NCBI RefSeq assembly: GCF_009914755.1
Contig: NC_060930.1
DNA length: 64,000 bases
Source: the human T2T-CHM13v2.0 reference genome, Homo sapiens
Reading direction: 5' to 3' (one strand)
Shown here: positions 53,660-64,000 of the stretch, in pieces
Numbering within the stretch: the first letter of the stretch is position 1
Layout: every line of letters starts with the position of its first letter
Translations under genes and position numbers: made by a program
Notes under the pieces: generated by a model
Told to the model about the DNA's origin: nothing
Databases searched by the model: none
What the model saw: the letters and a program-made list of their open reading frames with translations, nothing else

Positions 53660-56600
53660 TCACTGAGCAAATTATATCCCTGGTTCTCTAGAAAACTTGA
53701 TTGATAGTTGAACTATGATTCAAGAGTTCTAAATATTGATGGGAGGAGAAGGCAGAAAGTCGCAGGCATCTCTAAGAATCTGATGAAAATTCACAGCTAG
53801 TATGGCACTCTCAGGTGAGATTTTTGTCTCATTAAATGGGAAATAGCTTTGGGGTACTGGCTTGAGTCACCAGGGTCATATGAATCAGCTGTAAATTGTC
53901 ACCTGGATTAGGTCAGAGGGGTCATAGGTATCCCTGGCCTTTGAAATAAGGGCTCTGTCTGACTTAGGGCAGTCACCCATCTCTTTGAACTTCAATTTCT
54001 CAAAATGAGAATGACAATGATGAAAACTGCCCTCTGGAAGCAGTGTCCTGAGGTGCTAGCCATCCGTTTGGAAATCAGTATTCCCTTGTGTGCACAATCA
54101 AAACAAGTGTAACCTGTCTGTTCCACTGACTCTTCAGAGGTTGCTTTTACCACTAGGACTTGTAGTTTAGTTTACCGTTGGATTGCTTTATTTAAACTCT
54201 AATCTAGTTATATAAACACACTTCAGCACAATTTATAGGCTTGCGATTCTTTCTATCATGGCTGGCTCTTTTTTTTCTTCCTGAAACAAACTCTTGAGTC
54301 TAGACTTTGTCAGGTTGATACATGAGTTTGGGGACTGTTTATACGGAAACCATATACACATTCCAGAAACCTGCCTTGTTACTGATCTGCAATAAAGATG
54401 ATAAGCCTTTGACTCATAAAAAGACACCCACGATATCCTTTGAAGTGCAAACCCTGATCTACTACTGAAAAGGGGCACAAAGAGATTCCTCAAAACTGGA
54501 CTTGTTGCTTTAAGAAGAGGTGACTATTAACGAGAGAGCAACTCTATGGGCGAGAACTTTCTCATGATACAAACTGTTAGCAATGCAAGGGGCTGGGGAA
54601 TCTGTAAATAGTGATTTTCCTCCTGGGGGAAGTTCTTAAGCAAGACTGATTGACCATCCTCAAGAAACAGTATGAAAGGGATTCAATCAATCAGTGGCAA
54701 AGAAGATGGATTTGTAGGTACCTTTCAATTCAAATATCCTGTCTTCGATTTCTCTAATAAGCCTAGGAAGACAGGATTGTGCTAATGACTCAGTCCTAAA
54801 CAATAGATCCTTGTAAACAGTGGATGTGGCCACCCTACCATTGGTGACGTAGGGCAAGTGGTGGGGGTATATGTGTGGTAATCCACTGGGTGTTTTAGGC
54901 CAAGTGTGTAGTCCAAAGAACACATTTCTAAACTTTTAAAACACAGACAAATTATACTCAATAAATCAATGTTCAGTGACTGTTTCTTGCCAGTGCAGAA
55001 AAAAACAAACATAGAAATGGCCAAAGTTTACTTTGCCAATCTGTCGTAGACTACAGACTATTAGGAGGGGGATCTCAGTAAAGGTCAGGCCTAAAGCAAT
55101 GAGGAGAGAAGGGGAGCTCTTGGTCCTTCAGAGAGGACCGATGTCACAGAGTGATGACAGTCAGACTAGTACCAATGCGCATGAGAAGCAAATCAGTTCC
55201 TGAAGCTCGGTGCTATATATTCATCACAAATAAACCTGAAATGCATTACCTGGTCTCTTCTGAATCTCATATGGATCAGTATCTAAAGAGCAATAAAGTT
55301 CAGGAGCTGTATCTTCTAATACAAATGACTATATGACTATAGATATAGTTATAGATAGACATAGATATAGATCTAAGGATATATGTATGTATATTATTTT
55401 GGCCAACAATTTCTTCTCTTTCAACTACCAGAAAGTAAAAATACAGAGATGAAACAGTAGTGCTTTTGTTACTTCTTTCTGGGTTTTTTTGTTGTTATCA
55501 TTTTTCTTTTCTTTTGTTTTTTTGAGACAGGGTCTCACTTTGTCACCCAGGCCAGAGTGCAGTGGCATGATCACGACTCACTGCAGCCTTGACCTCCCTG
55601 GGCTCAAGCAATCCTCCCACCTCAGCCTCCTGAGTAGCTGGGACTACAGGTGTACGCCACCATGCCCAGCTGATTTTTGTATTGTTTTTGTAGAGACAAG
55701 GCCTTGCCATGTTGCCCACGCTGGTCTTGAATTCCTGGACTCAAGCAATCCACCTGCCTTGGCCTCCCAAAATGCTGGGATTACAGGTGTCAGCCACTGC
55801 TCCTAGCCTTCTTACTACCTCCTGTGTACTGATGACTCACATCCTACTGTGGAATAGATATACTGCTTTTGCCTTCCTAGCATTGAATCCTCTTTGTCTA
55901 GAAATGACACCTTAGTTTTCCTTTGGGGAACCTCATCACTCTACGCTTGAGTGATTCTGGTGGGACAAACGCCATCGCTGGCTCCGGATATGAGCTAGTA
56001 ACCTAGGTATGCTGATATGGTTTGGCTGTGTCCCCACCCAAATCTCATCCTGAATTGCAATCCCCTTAATCCCCATATGTTGAGGAAAGGACCTGGTGGG
56101 AGGTGAGTGGATCATGGGGGCAGTTTCCTCATGCTGTTCTCATCAGACTGGGTGAGTTCTCATGAAATCTAATAGTTTTATAACCATCTGGCATTTCCCC
56201 TGCTTGCTCCTCTCTCTCGCTTGCTGCCATGTAAGATGTGCCTGCTTCCCCTTCTGCCATGATTGTAAGTTTCCTGAGGTGTCCCCAGCCATGCCAAACT
56301 GAGTCAATTAAATCTCTCTTCTTTATAAATTACCCAGTCTCAGGCATTTCTTGATAGCAGTGTGAAAATGAACTAATACAGTAAATTGGTACCAGGCATA
56401 GGGTACTGTATAAAGATACTTGAAAATGTGGAAGCAACTTTGGAACTGGGTAACAGGCAGAGGGTGGAATAGTTTGGAGGGCTCAGAAGAAGAAGGAAGA
56501 TGTGGGAAAGTTTATTGCTTCCTAGAGACTTGTTGAATGGTTTTGATCAAAATGCTGATAGTGATATGAACAATGAAGTCCAGGCTGAGGTGGTCTCAGA

Positions 56601-56665
56601 AGGAGATGAGGAACTTGTTGGGAAATGGAGCAAAGGTCACTCTTGCTATACTTTGCAAAGAGATG

Positions 56666-57132
56666 TGTTAGATAGGAGTTCTAAATTTCTTTTCAAAGAA
56701 TCAATGTCAGTATGTTCAATTCTTTGCATTCTACTTTTAAACTTAACTTCCTTGTAAGGCAACCTTTTTTGATTACCTGCTCCACCCTGACTCATTTCAA
56801 TCACCTGCTCCACCCTGATTCATTCAGATTACCTGCTCTGTCATAACCATTTTTCCCACCAAACCACTCACCCGTCACTCTCTTTAAATTAGCCAATCAG
56901 AATCAGTTTAGCCTGTGCGGTCTAACCCTAGCCAATAGGGGAACGACACAGCAGCAGGGGCCACGTGGGTCAGGGATAAGAACCCCTTCCCCTCCCTTGT
57001 CCAAGTGTGCGCTCATCATTGCTTCATCTGTAAGGACACACCCCTCTATAGAAGTAACTTGCCTTGCTGAGAATTAAAAAGAAAATTTTATATTTGAGTG
57101 GTATTTCTTTTGTGGCACTTTTATTTATAACA
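56666..57132 (+). mobile_element. Solo ERV1 LTR (LTR10C-like) inserted in the THE1 internal region
   Basis: TG...CA termini, 4-bp TSD GATG (56662-56665, 57133-57136), two CCAAT boxes, internal gattacctgctccacc repeats. Confidence 0.82.
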
Positions 57133-57980
57133 GATGGGTGGCATTTTGCCCCTGCCCTAGAGATCTGTGAAACTTTGAACTTGAGAGAGATGATTTAAGA
57201 TATCTGGCGGAAGAAATTTCTAGGTAGCAAAGCATTTAAGATGTGATCTGGGTGCTCTTACAATCATTCAGTTATATGCATTCGCAAAGAGATGGTTTGA
57301 ATTTAGAACTTGCGTTTAAAAGGGAGGCAGAGCATCAAAGTTTAGAAAATGTTCAGCCTGATAATGCAATAGAAAAGAAAAACTCATTTTCTAGAAAGAA
57401 ATTCAAGCCAGCTGCAGAAATTTGCATAAGTAACAAGGAGCCAAATGTTAATCACCAAGACAATGGGGAAAATGTCTCCAGGGCATGTCAGAGGTCTTCA
57501 CAGCAGCCCCTCCCATTGCAGGCCCAGAGGCCTAGCAGGAGGAAAAAACAAACAAACAAACAAACAAACCAGGGCCTTGCTGCTTTGTGCAGTCTGGAGA
57601 CTTGGTGCCCTGCATCCCAGCTGTGACTAAAAGGAGCTGATGTACAGTGCAGACCATTGCTTCAAAGGGTGCAAGCCCCAAGCCTTGGCAGCTTCCACAT
57701 GGTGTTGGTCCTGTGGGTGCACAGAAGACAAGAATCGACGTTTGGAAACCTCCACCCAGATTTCAGAGGATACATGGAAGTGCCTGGATGACCCGGCAGA
57801 GGTGTGCTGCAGGAGCGGAACCTTCATGAATAACCTTTGCTAGGGCAGTGCAGAAGGGAAAAGGGGGGTTGGAGCCCCCAGACTGAGTCCCCACTGGGGC
57901 ACTGCCTAGTGAAGGTGTGAGAAGAGGGCCACTGTCCTCCACACCCCAGAATAGTAGGTCCGCTGATAGTTTGCACCATG

Positions 57981-58403
57981 TGTCAGGCCTCTGAGCCCAA
58001 GCTAAGCCATCATATCCCCTGTGACCTGCACATATACATCCAGATGGCCTGAAGCAACTGAAGATCCACAAAGGAAGTGAAAATAGCCTTAACTGATGAC
58101 ATTCCACCATTGTGATTTGTTTCTGCCCCACCCTAACTGATCAATGTACTTTGTAATCTCCCCCACCCTTAAGAAGGTTCTTTGTAATTCTCCCCACCCT
58201 TGAGAATGTACTTTGTGAGATCCACCCCTGCCCGCAAAACATTGCTCCTAACTCCACCGCCTATCCCAAAACCTATATGAACTAATGATAATCCCACCAC
58301 CCTTTGCTGACTCTCTTTTCGGACTTAGCCCGCCTGCACCCAGGTGAAATAAACAGCCTTGTTGCTCACACAAAGCCTGTTTGGTAGTCTCTTCACTCGG
58401 ACG
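57981..58403 (+). mobile_element. Solo HERV-H LTR (LTR7B-type) inserted in the THE1 internal region
   Basis: Starts TGTCAGGCCTCTGAGCCCAAG; ~31-bp U3 repeats (tgtactttgtaatctcccccaccctt); AATAAA near 58348; TSD CCATG (57976-57980, 58404-58408). Confidence 0.9.
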
Positions 58404-60613
58404 CCATGTGCCTGGAAAAGCCACAGACACTGAACACCAGCCATGAAAGCAGCCAGGGTGGGAGGCTGCCTTCTGCAAAGCCACAGGGGTGGAGATGCCC
58501 AAGGCCATGGGAGCCCACCTTTGCATCAGCATGACCTGGATGTGAGACATGGAATCAAAGGAGATTATTTTGGCGCTAAGATTTAATGATTTCCCTGCTG
58601 CATTTTGGACTTGCACGGGGCCTGTAGTCCCTTTGTTCTGGCCAATTTCTCTCATCGGGAATGGGAGCATTTATTCAATGCCTGTACCCCCATTGCATCT
58701 AGGAAGTAACTAACTTGCTTTTGATTTTACAGGCTCCTAGGTGGAAGGGACTTGCCTTGTCTCAAATGAGATTTTGGACTTGGACTTTTGGGTGAATGCT
58801 GGAGTGACTTAAGACTTTGGGGGACTGTTGGGAAGGCATGATTGTGTTTTGAAATGTGAGGACATGAGATTTGGGAGGGGCCAGGGAATGATATGGTTTG
58901 CCTGTGTTCCCACCCAAATCTCATCTTGAATTGCAATCTTCATAATCCCCACATGTCAAGGGAGGGGGACCCAGTGGGAGGTGATTGAATCATGGGGGCT
59001 GTTTCCCCCATGCTGTTCTCATCGTAGTGAGTGAGTTCTCGTGAGTCTGATGGTTTTATAAGTGTCTGGCATCATCCCTGCTTGCTCTTCTCTCTCACTT
59101 GCCGCTTGCCGCCATTGTAACATGAGCCGGCTTCCCCTTTCACTATGATTGTAAGTTTCCTGAGGCCTCTCCAGCCATGCCGAACTGTGAATCAAACCTC
59201 TTTCCTTTATAAATTACTCAGTCTTGGGCAGTTCTTTATAGCATTGTGAAAATGAACTAATACATATGCCAATGGTTTATGGATGGAAATGTAACCCAAA
59301 TTAGGCTGGTGGAAGCCAATCCTAGGACTTTTCTGGGGATAGCAGGAGGTTTTGGAGAAACAAAGTACTAGTTCTTCAACTCAAGTTGCTGAGTTAGTAG
59401 GAAGTAAGCCTGGACCTACTACGGTACCACCTAGAGAGAGATGTCTTGAGAATGAAGCCGACAAAAAAGAAAGGATAGTGAATGATGAAGAAAGGAACCA
59501 CGTCCTGATGACATTTGTTAAGCCCCTGGATTCAGTGATGACTCAAGCCAAACCATTCCCCAAACTCTTCAGTCTGAGCCAATAGAAACACTTTTTTATG
59601 TTACACCCATTTGCGTTAAATTTCTGTCATTTGCTCTCTCAAGTGACAAGAAATCAAAGCAAAAGCCAAGCTGTGATGGCACATTATAAAGAACCCAATC
59701 CTAATCCATATAGTGGCACATGCAAGGGGTCTGGCTGGGCTGCCTTGAATAGACCCAGTGAGAACAGCTCAACTTAGTGACACTTTTGAGACCTAATCAT
59801 GTCTTAAACCTGTATTGTCTAGACTTCGGAGATAAATTTTTTTTTTTTAATATGATTTGTGTTCCAATGGGGAAGGCTCATAAGTCATTAGGAGTTTAGA
59901 CTGTGTAGTGATTTTGGAAATCTAAGTGCTCCTGCGGGTGACTCCCAGTGCGTTCTTGGAGATTAGCATTTTATAAGGAGCACCAAGACATCTTTAAATA
60001 GTTTTGTCCATTTTAACTTGACTTTTTTGCATGTGTTGAAGTAAAGCAGATTTGCAAGGTCTCAAGGGAATTAGGTTGGGGCCTGCGCTCACCATTTCTT
60101 CATCCTTTGCTAGCTCATGTGTAATGGGAATTCTATGTTCTCAATTCATGATGAAGTGTGAGATGCTTAAGAAAATTATCTTATGCTAAGTCTAAGGGAA
60201 CTGGTTGGCCATACTGAACATTTGTAAGTTTGTTTCCTCTGAAGGACTGTGGAGTTTCCAAATTCACTTTACTAAGTATGCATATTTAATTTGCATCCAA
60301 TTAGATAAAGCAGCTGGGCAGAAACTACAGCCCCTATATTAATGCACTCATTTGGGCATCAGACTGGGAGCTTTATATGCAGGCATCATCCAGATGAATG
60401 CATTTAAATTGTTCTAATTTACAAATTGAAGCAAAGTCTCTGCAGTTTGAAATCTTGGCAATGCTTCCATTACAACATATTTTCTGAAGCATTCAGAATT
60501 ATAGTGCTGATGCAGTCTCACTTTCTAGAAGCATGCTTTTTAAGCAGGAGAATGATGTGATCAGTTTCCCATTATAGGGAAGATCATTTTGATGCTAACC
60601 AGAGGAGGGCCTA

Positions 60614-60937
<324 letters not shown>

Positions 60938-61044
60938 CCGCTTGTGGGCAGGAAGGCAACTTTTATGATAAGCTGGCCAAGAAATGACCAGGAGGTGATC
61001 CAAGACAGTGTCAGACAGTTTCCAAGGCACATTAGTAGGGTGCC

Positions 61045-61875
61045 TGTGGTGGATAGAATCGTGCCTTTCCCCACAAAAGGTATGACCACCCAGAACCTGT
61101 GAATGTGAACTTATTTGGATAAAGGTCTTTGCAGATGCAATGAAGGATCTCAACATTAGATCATCCCTGGATTAACCAGGTCAGACTTGAGTCCAATGAT
61201 AGATGTCCTTATAAGACACAGAAGGGGAGAAGACACAGAGACACACGCAAAGAAGAAGCCAGGAAAGGATGGAGGCAGAGATTGGAGTGATGCAGCCACA
61301 AGCCAAGGAATGCCTGGAGCCACCAGCAGCAGAAGAGGCAAGTGTGGATTCTCTGCTAGAACATTTGGAGGAAACTTAGCCATGTCCACAAGCTCCATTT
61401 CAGACTTCTGGCCTCCAGGTCTATGAGAAAATGCATTCTTGCTATTTGAAGCCTGATATGGTTTGTCTGTGTCCTCACCAAGATCTCATCTTGAATCGCA
61501 GCTCCCATAATTCTCACATGTTGTGAGAGGGATCTGGTGGGAGATAATTGAATCATGGGGGTGGTTTCCCCCAGACTGTTCTCATGGTAGTGAATAAGTC
61601 TCATGAGATCTGACGGTTTTATAAGGGGAAACCCCTTTTGCTTGGCTCTCATTCCCTCTTTGCGGGCTGCCGTGTAAGATGTGCCTTTCGCCTTCCGCCA
61701 TAACTGTGAGGCCTCCCCAGTCACGTGGAAGTATGAGTCCATTAAACCTCTTTCCTTTATAAATTACCCAGTCGCAGGTAGGCCTTTATCAGCAGCATGA
61801 AAAATGGACGAATACAAAGCCACTAAATGTGTTGCTTAAATTCCTGTTGCAGCAGCCAGAGGAAACTCAGATGGC
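61045..61875 (+). mobile_element. MLT1B/C-type LTR interrupted by a THE1 solo LTR
   Basis: cccagaacctgtgaatgtga..ttatttgga..ggtctttgcagatg and gagattggagtgatgcagccacaagccaaggaatgc motifs. Confidence 0.8.
61454..61816 (+). mobile_element. THE1B/C solo LTR
   Basis: TGATATGGTTTG...AATACA with TSD AAGCC (61449-61453, 61817-61821). Confidence 0.9.
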
Positions 61876-61995
61876 CCCTGCCAAGAGGCACTCCCAGCAA
61901 TCACGTTTTGTTTTTTCTCATCTCACCACCTGTTTTAGGGACTAAAGATGACCACCTTAAAGCAAATATGCCTTCTTCTATAAAGAATTACTCTA

Positions 61996-62196
<201 letters not shown>

Positions 62197-62205
62197 TCAT
62201 CTCTA

Positions 62206-62370
<165 letters not shown>

Positions 62371-63350
62371 TCAATAATAATAATAATAATTAATAATAAA
62401 TAAAAAGAAAAATGCCTCTCCCCTTTAGGAGCAGGAAGGATGGGAATGCAGAGATTAGGAAAGACAGGGAGATGGTGGTTCTGAGTTACATGTAGAACAC
62501 AAAATTAACTAGACTAGGTCAGTGTATCAAGACGCTTGGCTACAAGACACAGAAAGCTCATTTTAAACAGGCCGAAACAACAAAGGGAACTGATTGGCTT
62601 ACGTATTTGAAAAGACCCAAGGAAGGGCTGATGTGATCCAGCAGCTCAGGCCTGAAGACCCTGCTTCCCTCCACGTCTCTGCCCTGCCTTGCACCATATA
62701 GGGGGTAGTTCTAACTGTGGGTATGAGATTGCCCACAAGACTATAGACTGGAAAGAAAAAGGGTGAAACCACGAGAAACACCAGCATGGAATTATAGATA
62801 GAGGTAGACGAATCAGCAAAGGAAACTAGGATAAACCAGGCGTGTGTCTCCGAGGCGAAGAAAGGAAGGGTTCCAGAAGAAGGGAATGGTTAGCAAAGGC
62901 AAATGCCACTGGGAGTCCAGTAAGAGAACCACAGCAAATGTTCGTTGGGTTTGGTAGTTTGGTGTTTACTGATGACCTTGGCAGTAGCCGGTTGCTGAAG
63001 CAATGAAGACAGAAGACAGATCATATGGGATGCAGACTGCATGGAAGGGGCTAGAGGGACAGAGCATTTATGAACTGAGAAATAAGCCAGGGAGAGACAG
63101 AGAGAGAGACTGAAAGAGTAAGGCCTTGGGAGGAGCTGGAAAGGCCACTTGAGAATAACAGAAGGGAAGGATTAACCTTGAATAGGAAAAATGTCTCTTC
63201 CTCCCAGTCCCTGAGACCGGAGAGAAATTGTAAGGATGATGTGGATGTAAACAAGTTGGCCCAGGTGTGGTGGCTCACGCCTGTAATCCCAGCACTCTGG
63301 GAGGCCAAGACAGGTGGATCACTTGAGGTCAGGAGTTCAAGACCAGCCTA

Positions 63351-63551
<201 letters not shown>

Positions 63552-63646
63552 TTAGGGAGTGTGCTTATGGGTAAGTGTAAGAGGACACTGTGGGAAATTG
63601 AGAGAATTCACAACCAATGGTCTCTATTTTCACCCACTGAATAAGA

Positions 63647-63932
63647 ATGTATTCGTTTCCTGTGGCTGCAGTAAAAAAATAGCACAAACACACTGGGTGG
63701 CTTAAAACAAGACACTTATCCTCTCACAGTTCTAAAGGCTCAAAGACAGAAATCAGGGCTATGCACCCTTTGCAACCAGCAAGGGAGAGTCAGTCCTTCC
63801 TCGTCTCTTTCAGCCTGTGGCGGCCTCAGGCATTCCTTGGCTTGTGGCTGCATCACTCCAATACCTGCCTCCTTCTCATATGACCACCTATCCTCTGTGT
63901 CTCTCTGTCTTCTCTTCTTTTAAATTGACCAG
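63647..63932 (-). mobile_element. MLT1B/C LTR fragment
   Basis: tgtattcgtttcctgtggctgcagtaa..gggtggcttaaaacaa..cattccttggcttgtggctgcatcactccaat. Confidence 0.75.
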
Positions 63933-64000
63933 TCTTTCTTTCTTTTCTTTTTTCTTTTTCTTTTTTTTTTTTGAGATGGAGTCTTACTCTGTTCCCCGGG

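Larger units (their letters stand above)
56013..59264 (+). mobile_element. Full-length THE1D-type MaLR provirus (5' LTR 56013-56380, internal region, 3' LTR 58889-59264)
   Basis: Both LTRs run TGATATGGTTTG...CTAATACA; 5-bp TSD TATGC (56008-56012, 59265-59269); internal ORF relics MWESLLLPRDLLNGFDQNADSD.. and ..KFKPAAEICISNKEPNV.. Confidence 0.92.
55820..59640 (+). mobile_element. Old MLT1 (K/L-like) LTR split by the THE1D provirus
   Basis: Pieces at ~55820-56007 and ~59270-59640 with the MLT1 motifs gagaatgaagcc, gtcctgatgacatt, cccctggattcag. Confidence 0.55.

Noticed and set aside
56500-57626. Coding potential of the THE1 internal ORF
   Set aside because: Interrupted by LTR insertions, stops and frameshifts.

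Overview
Primate (human-like) genomic DNA, very repeat-rich (about 54 Alu elements plus L1, MIR, MaLR/ERV LTR and DNA-transposon relics). The only bona fide coding sequence is the last coding exon of MTHFD1L (+, 21030-21150, encoding [29 protein letters not shown]-stop). It is followed by a 9 kb 3'-UTR intron and a non-coding terminal exon (30115-~30475, AATAAA at 30452). A sense-strand, full-length RPL32 processed pseudogene sits in that last intron. About 0.8 kb past the poly(A) signal is a perfect 33-bp-stem hairpin, probably the annotated MIR12131, with two more palindromes nearby. The remainder is intergenic and includes a nested MLT1 > THE1D provirus > LTR10C + LTR7B cluster. The most unusual observations are: a 57-nt structured RNA retroposed with an A-tail and a 14-bp TSD; two short locally templated insertions within 3 kb; a 25-bp VNTR carrying 18 MRE cores; and a retrocopy that could act as an alternative terminal exon. 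Almost all ORFs in the supplied track are repeat-derived artefacts. Repeat subfamily names are from recalled consensus sequences and repeat boundaries are approximate unless TSDs are quoted.
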